A stretch of 64,000 nt of DNA from Eledone cirrhosa (taxonomy: Eukaryota), in assembly GCA_964016885.1 (NCBI GenBank), contig OZ024745.1, forward strand, positions 79,980,001-80,044,000, in the 5' to 3' direction. A program made the position numbers and the translations under genes. The first letter of the stretch is position 1. Each line of letters begins with the position of its first letter. Positions 12,140-26,442 of this stretch are shown piece after piece. The notes below the pieces were generated by a model. The model was not told where the DNA came from. It searched no databases and saw only the letters and a program-made list of their open reading frames with translations.

Positions 12140-12158
12140 ATGTATGTATGTGTGTATG

Positions 12159-12229
<71 letters not shown>

Positions 12230-12799
12230 ATGTATGTATGTATGTATGTATGTAGGATTAATTATAATCCATGCTAGATACTAGCATGAAAGGATGATAT
12301 GAAATAAGTATGCACACATATACATATACACATAAATTCATACATACATATATACATACATACATGCATACATATATGCATACATACATGCATACATACA
12401 TGTATACATAGATATAAACATGCATACATATATACATACATACAAACATACATACATACAAACATACAAACATCCATACATACACTAAACTTCTTACTAA
12501 CACTACATGACAAATGGACGGCAATCATGTGTCTTATTTAGACATATGTTTACATGTTAGAAGAATGTTATAGCATCTGACATTTTTCTTACACATATCT
12601 CAACATTTCTTACACATATCTCAACATCCTCACTACTTAATGGAAATTATAAAAACTAATAAATATTATGTATATATGTATGCACATCATGTTTGTGTGC
12701 ATATATATATATGTGAGTGCATGTGTGTAGCAGGGGTGGGATATATGCAAATATCTTTACTCACCCACATATATCTACATATACACATGCACACACACA

Positions 12800-13350
12800 A
12801 ATATAAACTCATCCATATACGTATACATATATATTTACACACACACACTGATATATACTCAACCATATACGTATACATATATATTTACACACACACACAC
12901 TCATATATACTCATCCATATACAGATACATATATATTTACACACACACTGATATATACTCATCCATATATGTATACATATATATTTACACACACAGATAA
13001 AGACTCATCCATATACGGATACATATATATTTACACACACACACTGATATATACTCATCCATATATGTATACATATATATTTACACACACACACAGATAA
13101 AGACTCATCCATATACGTATACATATATATTTACACACACACACACACACTGATATATACTCATCCATATATATATATACATATATATTTACACACACAC
13201 TCACAGATAAAGACTCATCCATATACGTATACATATATATTTACACACACACACACACTGATATATACTCATCCATATATGTATACACACACACACACAC
13301 AGATATATTCATCCATATATGTATAAATATATACTTGCACACATACACGC
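12800..13350. repeat. About 50-bp minisatellite
   Basis: Repeated actcatccatatacgtatacatatatatttacacacacac units. Confidence 0.9.
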
Positions 13351-13531
13351 ACATATCCATATCTGCTGTGTACAGTCGCAAGCTCTTCAAATTCTTGACA
13401 GTTAGATACCATTAAACAGTTCTAATCTTATAAAATGTGATTGATATTTGGTAGTTTAATTGGAGATTAGCAGTCACGTGAATCACTCACATACACCTAG
13501 TTTCAAATATACACTGCCAGGGTCAACTTAA

Positions 13532-13736
13532 CCCTTTAGTATTTACATTACTCTATATTTACTATTGTATTTTCACGGTAAACACTTCCTTACATAATTA
13601 TCTCACATAATATCGAATCTATGGGATTTTTATATGATTTATTTTGAGAACAATACCTCAATGTCAGTATGAGTGGCTGGTATGGCCAGTTTGAACAGAA
13701 AGATGTGAGAGAATTCTGGCCAGAAATGCTAAATGA
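13532..13736. mobile_element. piggyBac-type MITE (second copy at about 20644-20840)
   Basis: TTAA at 13528-13531 and 13737-13740; termini CCCTTTAG / ctaaaggg-like; the two copies are collinear. Confidence 0.75.
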
Positions 13737-13874
13737 TTAAGTCCTTTTGAGTTACAAATGTGTACTACCAAGGCCAAATTAAGTCCTATTGAAGCTCAAA
13801 GCACATAAAAAGATTTGGGTGTTCCCTCCCAATTAATATATATGTATATGAGTGTATGTGTGTGTATTTATTTA

Positions 13875-13933
<59 letters not shown>

Positions 13934-14197
13934 TATGTATATGTATATATATATATGTATGCATATATATATATATATATGTATATGTGGTATGTATATG
14001 TATATATATATATGTATATATATATATGGTATGTATATGTATATATATATATGTATGCATATATATATATATATATATGTATGCATATATATATATATAT
14101 ATATGGTATGTATATGTATATATATATATATGTATATATATATGGTATGTATATGTATATATATATATGTATGCATATATATATATATATATATGTA

Positions 14198-14242
<45 letters not shown>

Positions 14243-14284
14243 TATGTATATGTATATATATATGTATGCATATATTATAGTTAA

Positions 14285-15478
14285 AACAGAAAACAAAAAC
14301 AAAACGAAGAGTGCAGTACAAAGTGTATTAGGTTCACGCTTGAGAGTGTGGGGGTGGGGGACGACGTTTCGGGCATAAGCCCTTCATCAAGAGAAAAGTG
14401 AGCAGGAATAGAGTTCCGAGGGCGTGAGGGGGAGTGGTGGAAAGACATTAAAAGGGGTGGGGGTGTTTAAAAGAGGGTAAAACATTTTAAATGAGACAAG
14501 TGGTGAAAGGGTGTGAGGTGTGTGGAGGGGTAGAGGGGGGGTCCGAGGGGGGAGGGCAGAAGGTGGTGTGTGTGTGTATGAGTGGATGTGAGTGTGAGAG
14601 TTTGGGGAAGAACGAGGTTCCATGTTCGGGTAATAGGGAAACCAGTGTGTACATGGGGTGGGGTGTAAGTCAGTGTGTGTTTGCATGTGGATGGAGAGGG
14701 ATCAGAGGGGAGGGGGCAGAGTCCGGAGGCCGAGTGTGTGTATGTGCGGATACGCACGTGTGTGTTTTTGTGTGGTGTGGATGTATGGTTGCGTGTGTTT
14801 GTGTGTGTGTTCCTGAATGTTTCCGCGCGGAGTATAGGAATAGATGTTGAAAATTCCGAGTATAGATGCCTGGCGCGGTGGACCAGTGGTGTAGAATCCT
14901 TGGTATGGTGTGGAGGAAGTAGAGAGTTGTGGGGGTGCGCGCGCTACAGGAAGTGGTCAGGGGGTGAAGGCAGGGTGAAGGATGTGAGAGGGAGGAGATA
15001 GCAGTAGGAAGGTGACAGAAAGGCAGTGGTAGGGAGGAAGGCAGACGGACGGGTGTTAGAGATGGTCTCTATGTGGTGTGGAATGTGTGTATGTGTGTAT
15101 GTGTGTGCGGAGATGCGGTGGACGGGGGAAGGGATGGGTATGTGTGAAAGGGTGGCAGTGGGGGGGGGAGTAGTGCAGGGGGAGAGAGAGAGAAGGTGCT
15201 GGGGACAGTATGTGGGTCTGTAGGGTGAAGATGGTGTGTTGCTCGACCCTAAGGCGGGTGGCGGGGGTCCCATGGCATTCGATCAGGCCACAGACGGTGA
15301 GGTGGTGGGCGGAGTGTCCAGGGGAACCAAAGTGGCAGGCGATGGGGGAACTCCCGCCAAGATGAATATCTTGGAGGTGCTCCATGAACCGATCCGCCAG
15401 GCGACGTCCAGTCTGTTGGACGTAGGTTGCGCTGCACTCCGTACAGCGCAGTTCGTAGACAACATTGGAGGAGGCGCA
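14285..15478 (-). mobile_element. GC-rich Penelope-like element: GIY-YIG C-terminus and long 3' UTR
   Basis: CASSNVVYELRCTECSATYVQQTGRRLADRFMEH...PIACHF...RLRVEQHTIFTLQT; embedded in (TA)n tracts; hammerhead-like motif near the 3' end. Confidence 0.88.
14362..14391 (-). ncRNA. Degenerate or variant hammerhead (family F)
   Basis: c-TTGATGA-a-gggc ttat gccc-GAAA-cg-TC-g; C3 replaced by U and stem I almost absent. Confidence 0.55.
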
Positions 15479-15651
15479 TATATATATATACACACATATA
15501 TACATATCTGCATATATATATATATACTATATATATGTGCCATAGGGTGTGGAAGAAAGCATACACAATACGTTTATGAATAATAATAAATATTATATCT
15601 ATATACATACATACATGCACAAATACATACATACATACATACATACATACA

Positions 15652-15682
<31 letters not shown>

Positions 15683-16557
15683 GGCTGCGATAGCTGGCAC
15701 CTTCAAAATATGCAAAACATTCTTGCGATTCAAGGGATGACAATTTCTTTTCTTTTACAACCTTGCCACCAGGAAGGTGGCCGGTCAAAAAAAAATATAC
15801 TCGAAATTAAGAGAAAGAGAAAACATACATACATACATACATACATACATAGACATCCACATATATATATATAAATGTTCACAACAAAAAATTACAAAAG
15901 AAATAATATAATATAATAAAAAAATAAAAAGTGTCCTAGTAACATTCTTTTCTTTCCATTTTTCTTACTTTTGTGTGTGTTCTTTTTTTTTTTTTGGAAA
16001 TTTCTAGATTTTGTATTCTATGGAATTTTTAAGCAAATTTTCTTCTTTTTTTCCAGAATATTTTGGAAGAAGTAGATTTTTACAAATATTATGAAGTTGT
16101 TGAAAAACAACAACAACAAAAAACACAAAACATCATTTTTTTCTTGTTTGTTCATTCTGCAGTGTGTGTGTGTGTGTGTGCGTTTATTTGTGTGTGAGTG
16201 AGAGAGTATACATGTGTGTGTATGTGTGTATGTAAGCAAGTGTATGTGTATGTGTGTGTTCATGTGTGTGTATATGTATGTGTATGTGTGTATATATATA
16301 CATGTGTGTGTATATGTATGTGTATGTGTTTGCATATGTGTGTATATGTGTATCTGTATGTAAGTGTATGTGTTTACGTGTGTATGAATGTATCTGTGTG
16401 TCTGTGCATGTGTCAGTATATATGTGGATATACATATATGTATGTGCATGTATGTATGTATGTATGCATACGTTTTTATATATGTGTGTGTTTGTGTATG
16501 TGTTTAAGCGTGTATGTGTCAGTGTATATGTGTATGTGATGAAGAAGTATGAACCAG

Positions 16558-16704
16558 CTAAGAGTCCTCACAATTATCGGGCGGTCCTTCGTTATTGGTA
16601 TTGATGTCTGGTACAGCATTTCGACGTCTCCACCAAACTCCAAGATTCTTGCTTTGGTTCTTTAACTGCTGTACCCAACGATGAGTTTCAGTGTCATCTT
16701 CTCC
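16558..16704 (-). CDS. RhoGEF last coding exon (GEDDTETHRWVQQLKNQSKNLGVWWRRRNAVPDIN...EDS*); overall gene RhoGEF64C-like DH-PH GEF
   Basis: CTCCAG acceptor; PH C-terminal helix with conserved Trp (ETHRWVQQL); stop TAG at 16560-16558. The WxRRRNA tail and DH sequence resemble, from memory, invertebrate RhoGEF64C-type proteins; needs BLAST confirmation. Confidence 0.88.
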   Translation of the reverse strand, partial: GEDDTETHRWVQQLKNQSKNLGVWWRRRNAVPDINTNNEGPPDNCEDS

Positions 16705-17179
16705 CTGGAGGTAAAGGGGATGATAAAGAGAGATGGTGAAAGAGAGAGAGAAAAACATTAAATGAATAAAATAAAGATAAAGATAAAGATAAAAGCAAAT
16801 TATTTTCCACAAATTATTTAAAAAAATTTTTTTTAATTAGATTTCCAAAATTTCTGTTGAATTTTAAAATTATGACAGCTATACACTACTTGGCAAATTT
16901 CAATCCCCAATTTTCTCAACCAGATTTGACAACTTATCGATCATTGAGTAATGCAAATACAAAAAGACTATGCTGGCTTTGAACTGGACTTATACCTTTG
17001 AACTACATTCTATCAATAACAGGTCATAAAGATTCACCTCTCTGTTTTTGTGGTGACTTTCCAAAAACTCTTTGGGACTATTTGTTCCAATGTAGCACTA
17101 TTTGTTCCAGTCTGAGAGAGAAGCCATGTTGAAACCAATCTTTAAAAAACTACCAAGATTAGAAGTTCAATATATGATT

Positions 17180-18344
<1,165 letters not shown>

Positions 18345-18429
18345 TATGTCTATACATGTTGTACTGGGTCAAAATGAACAGGTATTCTATTGTACAGTAA
18401 AACAACTAAATAATTTAAATAGTGTTACA

Positions 18430-19225
18430 CAAAAATAAAATCAAGTAGATATAATAATGAAAATATTGTGTACAGTGCTCAGGTGCACTACAACTCATCA
18501 AAAAGTGTATGTAATGTACAAACGTCAGGAAAATGAACAGTGCATGAATCATGATATACACATGTGTATATATATGGAAGAGGTACATCAGGTGTAGTTT
18601 TGGCGAATTTCGGGAAGTATGAGGGTTTTAAAGGATGCAGTGTCTCAGTAGCTAACAACTGACACAGGCAGTTTGTTCCGTGCTTCAGCAACTCTAAGCG
18701 TGAAAAAATGTTTCCGAAAGTCATGGGAGCTGTGCTGTTTTCTGATTTTGTAGGCATGTCCACGTGTGTTAGACACATGGAGATCAAAAAGGTGCTCAGG
18801 GTTGTTGTTGGTGAGATGGTTAATAACTTTGTGGGTGTTTACCAAGTCCATTGCCAGACGTTGGAGCTTCAATAAATCCATGCCCAGGGAAGCAAGGCGT
18901 TCAGAGTATGGTAGGTGTCTGATGGAGCGTATGCGCTTGGTTGCACGTCTCTGAACAGTTTCCAGGCGTCAATGTTCTGAGCAAGATAGGGGTTCCAGAC
19001 TGATGATGTGAATTCCAAGTGTGGTCATACCATAGCTGTATACAGCTTTAAATAGATGGCTGGAGAGTGGCTAACAAAGGTCTTGCTGAGTGATGCCAAG
19101 ACACCCTCAGCCTTCTTGACAATCTTAGAGACATGCTTTGTCCAATGCAAATCGCTGCTGACAGTCATGCCCAGGTCACGTTCACAAGAGGACTTCTTGA
19201 TATCAGTGTTGTGGAGGGAGTATAT
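18430..19225 (-). mobile_element. CR1-clade LINE 3' fragment
   Basis: ERDLGMTVSSDLHW, PHLEF..SVWNPY, ETVQRRATK, YSERL..L, TRGH.YK, RKHFFTLRV; stop and frameshift present. Confidence 0.88.
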
Positions 19226-19372
19226 AAACAATATGTTCTTGTATTCTTTTAATAGTTTCAGTTGTTGGACTGCAGCCATAAGCACCCCCTTGAAAACTTG
19301 TTTATCATTTTGAATAACAGTGTTAGTGAGTATCTGTTTTATATAAATATTTCAGTAAAAGTGTTAGTATAC

Positions 19373-19471
19373 CTTAAAGAGATATGATTCTTTGTTCCAG
19401 TCCTGAACTTCAAAGACTTCTTCATAAACTGGATCTACAGTTATGACACATTTGTCCAAATAAAGAGGTTC
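19373..19471 (-). CDS. RhoGEF exon, PH-like domain (EPLYLDKCVITVDPVYEEVFEVQDWNKESYLFK)
   Basis: AAG acceptor, GTATAC donor; 99 nt, phase 0/0; beta-strand pattern typical of PH domains. Confidence 0.88.
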
Positions 19472-19889
19472 CTTTGGGTTAAATAAAGAGAAAAAAGATA
19501 TTTAAACACAATGAAGGAAATATAGCTGAATGGTTAAGAGATTCACTTTACAACCATGAGGTTAGAGGTTTAACACCACATCATAGAAATCTTGGACAAA
19601 TGACATTTACCATACTCTTGTCAGTGAAATCAAGTAGAAATTAAACTGTTTAGAAATCCATCAGATTCACTGTATCAGTAATTCAAAGATCAGCCTTGAC
19701 ACATACACTGCCATGCTGAATCTCCCTGAGAATAACATTAAAGCTTCATCCCTAAGAATGACATTTAAGCTTCTACTAGGAAAGATGGAGCAATGGGTAA
19801 GAACTGTAGCTCCCAAGAAAACTCTCACAACTCAGTGACATAGTTATGATGAGGTGAGCAAAGGCTGCCTCTAAAAAGGCCTAGTCTTT

Positions 19890-20552
19890 TAACAAAGTGC
19901 AGGGCAATAAAGATAGATGGTAGCCACGGAGTAGGCAGACCCAGGAAAACCTGGGACGAGCTGATAAATTCCGACCTCCCACACTTACACCTCTCCAAGA
20001 CAATGTCACTGGACCGAGACCTTTGGTGGTACTCAGTAACAGAGAAGACCCGCCTTACCTAAATACAAAGTAAAACCTACTAGTCAGTAGGCATCTCTAG
20101 CAAAATACACCCCCGTCCCACCCCATCCACACACCCCCTTCAATGCAAAGTTATGTTGGTGCCACAACATCCAGGCCGAAACAAACGAGATCGTGTAGGT
20201 GTCACGACAAAAACACACAGTCCATGCTGTAATGTGGCCGTGTAGGCAACACGGTAAAAACCTCCCAGTCCCACACTGTAAATGTGGTTGGTGTTAGGAA
20301 GGGCATCCAGCTGTAGAAAACACGCCAGACAGTCCACGCTGTAAATGTGACCGTGTAGGCAACACGGTAAAAACCTCCCAGCTCCACACTGTAAATGTGG
20401 TTGGTGTTAGGAAGGGCATCCAGCTGTAGAAAACCCGCCAGACAGTCCTATGCGAGCAAGACAGCCACTCTTGCCTCAAGTGGAAAAACCCCCGTCCAAA
20501 CCCATGCAAGCGTGGAACAGGGACGTTAAACGATGATGATGATGATGATGAT
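19890..20552 (+). mobile_element. RTE subfamily B 3' end with extended 3' module
   Basis: KCRAIKIDGSHGVGRPRKTWDEL...EKTRLT* followed by the same 3' UTR as 24050-24438 and 48586-48995, here with an internal tandem duplication. Confidence 0.85.
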
Positions 20553-20907
20553 ACACACACACACGTATATATATGGGTCTTCCAGTTTCATTTCACATTA
20601 TATACATGTCTATATATTTTAATTATTTAAGAATTATTTTTAACCCTTTAGCGTTCACATTATTTTATATATACTATTATATTTTCATGGTAAAGGCTTT
20701 ACCTCACATAATATCGAATCTATGAGATTTTGAAAGTATTTATTTTGAGACCAATACCTTAACATCAGTTTGAGCGACCAGTTACAGCCAGTTTCAACAG
20801 AAAGAGGTAGTGAATTCTGGCCGGTTTGAACATTAAAGGGATAAGTAAACATGATTTTTTAAAAATATTTTAAAGTGAACATTACCCAACGGGTCACGGG
20901 TGGTCTA

Positions 20908-20944
<37 letters not shown>

Positions 20945-21331
20945 TGGATTTAGGTATCTGTGCCGTATGCATGTGTGTGTGTGTATGGATGTGTATGTAT
21001 GTGTATGTGTGTATGAGGATGTGAATGGTGGTGAGAAGAGGTGAGGAGGAGGGGGAAGTGGGAGAGGAGGAGGAGGAGGAGGAGTAACAATGATACTGAG
21101 GACGATAATAATTGTTTCTACTTTTGGCACAAGGCCAGCAATTATCTCAGTGCATTACTGGTACTTTATTTTATCAATCCCGTAAGGATGAAAAGCAAAG
21201 TTAAACTCGGCAGGATTTGAACTCAGAACATAAAGGGCCATAACTCTAAGCTGCAAAGCATGGCGTCCGACCCTCTACCGATATTGCCAATCCACTGCAG
21301 ATGATAATAATGACAACAAAAAATGTCTTAC

Positions 21332-21445
21332 TCTGACAGCTTGGTATCGACCTCCTTTGCCTCGGAGCAACACCAGGGCAGCCTGCCTTACTATGGATTG
21401 CTGTGTGAACAGTAATTTCTTGGTAATTGTGCTCTCTTGCTGAGG
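21332..21445 (-). CDS. RhoGEF exon, PH-like domain (PQQESTITKKLLFTQQSIVRQAALVLLRGKGGRYQAVR)
   Basis: TTCCATTTTAG acceptor, GTAAGA donor; 114 nt, phase 0/0. Confidence 0.88.
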
Positions 21446-22099
21446 CTAAAATGGAAGAAACAGAGGGATACAATTACAAATGGAAAAATAATTCAATATA
21501 AATTTAACTCCTCACATCCTGTTCCACATGAATCCCCATTAGCAAGACAGTCTTGAAAAGTTCAAAATGGCACTATGACTGCATCACATTAAAAATTGAA
21601 AGATAATAGATTCATTGGTAGTGGTGAGATGGGACATTAAGATATTATGGGCAACCTACTCTGAAATCTTCTCAGAGATTTAAGAAACAGTCAAATGGTG
21701 TAAGAGTGTGACACTCCAGCATATCCACAGTCCAATTACTGAAACCACTAAAAGAATAAAAGAATATGTTTCTTAAATCTCTGAGAAGATTTCAGAGTAG
21801 GTTGCCCATAATATCTTAATGTCCCATCTCACCACCACCAATGAATCTATTATCTTTTCAACATATGAAAGGCCAACAAACAACTTTTCTATGGCCTGCA
21901 ACAGAACAATTTTCATGACTACTATTTTTCTAACACTTGTTAATTGTATACCCTTGCATTGTATCTCTAAGCTGTTAGTTAACAACATTAAGCTTTATAT
22001 CTGCCCTTGTTTATCACTTGTTTACTTATACTGAATTTGTTTCTCGTTGTCCTCTTTCTTTTTTTTTTTATCTCTCTATCTATCAGAAGGGAGGTAGGT

Positions 22100-22580
22100 G
22101 TAAAAGCCAAACTCACTATCTTCAATTTGGCATTCATGCCAACCCTTACCTATTGGTCATGAATCTTGGGTAATGATTGAAAAAATACGCCCGCGAATAC
22201 AAGCAGCCAAATTGGAGTTCCTCTAAAGGGTCTTTGGAATAATGTTACTTGATAGAGTGCATAACTCGGAGATCAGAGAATCACTCCAGGCAGAACCGCT
22301 ACTTCTCTGAATTGAAAGATCACAGCTCTGATACTATAGGTATGTGGTTAGAATGTCTCATGAAAGAATCTCTGGACAGATTTTATGGGCAAAACCAACA
22401 GGTAAGTAACCCAGAGGTAGACCCCGAACAAGATGGTTGGATAATCCATGAGCTTGGCTGGTCACGCTTGGGGATCTAGCCGGATCAGTTGGAGACAGTT
22501 GCTTCTGACAGGATCCATTGGAGGGAATGATTGAGGCTCCCACAACCCTCTCAGGAATAAGTGAGCAAAGAAGAAGAAGA
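22100..22580 (+). mobile_element. Degenerate RTE-type LINE 3' fragment, distinct family with (AAG)n tail (another copy at about 42150-42530)
   Basis: Hand translation gives ESWVM...RIQAA.LEFL...RGRPRTRWLD with several stops. Confidence 0.7.
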
Positions 22581-22609
22581 TTAAATTAATACAGAAATAA
22601 ATAACTTAC

Positions 22610-22768
22610 CTCACCACGTGTCAACAAAAGGGCATGAACTGGAGTAAATTTCAAATTACGACATTTTTTTGCTGTCCAGAAGTGATCCTGCGGCTGGGTG
22701 TACAGCAAAGTACCAACCAGAATGTCATGTACCTCGTGCTGGTTCCACTCAAGTAGATTCAATGCCGT
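22610..22768 (-). CDS. RhoGEF exon, PH-like domain (TALNLLEWNQHEVHDILVGTLLYTQPQDHFWTAKKCRNLKFTPVHALLLTRGE)
   Basis: TTTTCCAG acceptor, GTAAGT donor; 159 nt, phase 0/0, open frame. Confidence 0.88.
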
Positions 22769-22953
22769 CTGGAAAATATTTCACAAATGTAAAAGATTCT
22801 GAGAAATATATATTTCTAAAAAAACAGTTGGGTGTAATTTAAGGGAGATTTAGCTGTTATTTCTAGCAGAGCAAACAACTGTAAGAAACTTCTTTGTGGG
22901 TTCAATCATCATCATCACTGTGTGCATCCATTTTCCATATGAGTATGGGTTTG

Positions 22954-22996
<43 letters not shown>

Positions 22997-23012
22997 CACA
23001 CACACACACATA

Positions 23013-23290
23013 TCTATATATATATAAAACTGAGGATGTCTGTCTGTGTGTGTGTGAGTTTGAATCCCCTAAAACTCGAGAACCACTCAACCGACTGTTT
23101 TCAAACTTTACACATGTAATACTTATGTTTCAGGGAGTGTTAAATTAAGCCCTTGCATTAGGCGATTTAGCGATCTCCCTCTATAATTCTTAGTCTTTCT
23201 CTTTTTAGATAGATACATACATATAATGTCGTGCCCTTATAATATCTGTCTGTATGTCTGGCTGTCTGCATTACATCACTTCCCTGAGGA

Positions 23291-23321
<31 letters not shown>

Positions 23322-23924
23322 ATCTGTGAGTTTGAATCCCTAAAACTCGAGAAGTACCCAACCGATTTTTTTCAAACTTTACATGTGTATTACTTATGTT
23401 TTAGGGAGTGTTATGCACATAAAATTCAACTTTTTGATCCTCTAGGGCCTGCATTAGGGGAAAAACTGCGTTTTTTTCAGGTTTTAGGTTTTTTTCGAGC
23501 CATTACGTCAGACCGATTTCCTCGAAATTGTAACTATGTATTAGTCAGTCTCTTCTTCATACCGTGAGCAAAGAAAATCCAACTTTTTATGGCCTAGGGC
23601 CCGCATTAGGTGAAAAACTTCTTTTTTTCAGCTTTTTAGGGCTTCTTTGAGGCGTTACGTCTAGCCAATTTTCCCGAAATTTCAAGGCATATTATGCACA
23701 TAACAAAAATTCATTTTCTTGATCCCCTAAGGCCCACATTAGGTGAAAACCTGCATTTTTCCTGCTTCATCAAGGAAAATCTTAAAGATTATCCAGCCAT
23801 CAGAGTATTCGGTTTATTTTTTTTTACATATTGTCCAGGCATGCAGTTTTTCCACGATTAGGTCTGTTGGCGGCCCGCGTTTTCAAAATACCTTATCCTA
23901 TGCAACGTTGGGTACCACTGCTAG
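23013..23924 (+). mobile_element. Non-autonomous Helitron-like element
   Basis: 5' A|TC (tctatatatatataaaactgaggatgtctgtctg), 3' imperfect hairpin cctatgcaacgttggg then CTAG|T; duplicated 5' segment and internal subrepeats. Confidence 0.7.
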
Positions 23925-24046
23925 TATATATATATATTCGGCAAGGTTACCCTCTGACCTTGATCCAGGCCACCCTCAAGTGAACTTGTGAGGTCAATCG
24001 CACCACCACCCTAATACTATGCCACCCACCAAGTTTTTCACATATA

Positions 24047-25255
24047 TATCATCATCATCATCATCATCGTTTAACGTCCATGTTCCACGCTTGCATGGGT
24101 TTGGACGGGAGTTTTCCCACTTGAGGCAAGAGTGGTTGTCTTGCTCGCATAGGACTGTCTGGCGGGTTTTCTACAGCTGGATGCCCTTCCTAACACCAAC
24201 CACATTTACAGTGTGGGACTGGGAGGTTTTTACCGTGTTACCTACACGGCCACATTACAGCGTGGACTGTGTGTTTTTTTGTCGTGACACCTACACGATC
24301 TCATTTGTTTCGGCCTGGATGTTGTGGCACCAACATAACTTTACATTGAAAGGGGCGGTGTGGATGGGGTGGGGGTGGTGGAACGGGGGTGTATTTTGTT
24401 AGAGATGCCTACTGACTGTAGTAGGTTTTACTTTGAATTTAGGTAAGGCGTGTCTTCTCTATTACTGAGTGCCGCCAAAAATCTCGGTCCAGTGACATTG
24501 TCTTGGAGAGGTGTAAGTGTATGAGGTCGGAATTTATCAGCTCGTCCCAGGTTTTCCTGGGTCTGCCTACTCCGTGGCTACCATCTATCTTTATTGCCCT
24601 GCACTTTGTTATACAACTGTCGTCTTTCATGCGCATTACGTGACCATACCAACATAGCCTTCTCTCGAGTAAACAACATCTGATCCCTCTTATTTCTAAT
24701 TTTTCCCTTAGTTCGTTTATGCTTTGCCGTTCGCGTATATTACTATTACACATCCAGCGGAGCATGCAAGCTTCGTTCCTCTCTAGTCTGCGTATATCCT
24801 CTGCACACAATGCCCAGGTCTCACTGCCATGCAACATTGCTGTTCGTATGCAGGCATCATACAACCTGCCTTTCATTTTTAGGGAGAACCCTTTAGCGGC
24901 TAATAGTGGTATAAGCTCTCTGAACTTTTTCCATCCAGTTCTGACTCTAGCTACTGTACTTTCAGAGCACCCTCCCCCACTGCTGATTTTGTCACCCAGG
25001 TAACGGAAGCTGTCCACTATTTCTATAGAACCCTCTGCGCAATTGAAAGAGCTAGTATTCTGTGGGCACTTGCTGCTACTTATTGCACCAGAGCACCGGC
25101 CACATGTAAAATCTATGTTCTTAGTTAGCTTACCTATGATCCCACTACATCTTTTATGCACCCATACTTTGCATTTGGGACATAAAATGGAGTTTCTACC
25201 TACGCCTTTCCTACACACTGAGCATGGCCATTTCCCGGAAGGGACCGGTGCCTTA
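24047..25255 (-). mobile_element. 5'-truncated RTE LINE, subfamily B
   Basis: ORF 24439-25320 with PHD-type finger, SFRYLG, MLHGSETW, WYGHVMRM, GRPRKTW; (GAT)n tail. Confidence 0.93.
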
Positions 25256-25578
25256 TATATATATATATATTCAGACATACACCACAAATTTTCACACAGT
25301 TTACATCTAACAAATTTCACTCACAAGGCATTAGTCATCCAAAACCTATAGTAGAAGACACTTGGCCAAAGTGCTGCACAATGGGACCAAATCCCAAACC
25401 ATGTGGTTGTGAAGCAAGCTTCTTAATTACACAGCCATATCTGTGAGTAAACAATATTTAATTTCATCCCTCAGAATTCAAATAGTCAAAGCCGCTTTTG
25501 CTTTTTTTTTTAGGATCAATCAAATATATATAAACAGAGTAACATAATTATTAATAATTCTTACTAATTAATTCCTAC

Positions 25579-25668
25579 CTTAACTAACTCAAATTTGTCT
25601 GTAGAACTGTGCCTCCGTAATTCTGAACGTTTTCGTTTTAATTTCATGGAGCCACTGCTTTTCGTTTT
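25579..25668 (-). CDS. RhoGEF exon, DH-PH linker (KTKSSGSMKLKRKRSELRRHSSTDKFELVK)
   Basis: TTCTTTACCTAG acceptor, GTAGGA donor; 90 nt, phase 0/0, open frame; basic stretch could be an NLS (inference). Confidence 0.8.
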
Positions 25669-25957
25669 CTAGGTAAAGAAATGAACATATAGACATTACT
25701 ATTTACTGAAAGAACTGCTCAAAACTCATACAAAGCTAACAAAACAATATATATATAGAGAGAGAGAGAGAAAGAGAGAGAGAGTGGGGAAGGAGAAAGA
25801 GACAGGTTATTCAAATTCCGTTTGTGTAATCAATTAAATTGATTGTTCAACAGGAATCAAAAACTAAGTACAGTAGTATTTACTCAACATGCAAATTATT
25901 CCAATTAGTAGTTCCTGTGGCAGTTATATAATTTCCAAGTGTAACAATTTACGGAGT

Positions 25958-26375
25958 GTATATAGAAAATTATAAAAACATTATTAAAAACACCATAATC
26001 CAGATGAGTGTGAATAGCTTTTATTGTGTAACACTTACACGTGTTTCATCATATGTATTATATATAAGTCTTGGACTGCTAATTCTTTATTATTTCATTA
26101 TTTTAATCAAAATTAATTCACATCCAACTACTTAGATATTTAGTTACCATGAATTAACAAAGTGGAATGAGAAGGCAAGTATGAAAATTTATTGTAACTA
26201 CATATCTAAGTAGTTGGATGCGAATTAATTTTGATTAAAATAATGAAATAGTAAAAAATTAGTGGTCCAAGACTTATACATAATATATATGATGAAACGC
26301 GTGTAAGTGTTACACAATAAAAGCTATTCCCACTCATCTGGATTAAGGTGTTTTTAATAATATTTATCTATATAT
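25958..26375. mobile_element. Fold-back element, about 180-bp inverted arms, probably a Penelope pLTR derivative
   Basis: About 25975-26147 is the reverse complement of about 26193-26365; right arm has gaaacgcgt followed by AATAAA; (TA)n flanks. Confidence 0.7.
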
Positions 26376-26379
26376 ATGG

Positions 26380-26439
<60 letters not shown>

Positions 26440-26442
<3 letters not shown>

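Noticed and set aside
6896-16604. Many ORFs rich in Y/I/C/V/M/H/T
   Set aside because: They are translations of (TA)n, (TG)n and (TATG)n microsatellites that lack stop codons; no domain signal or splice support.
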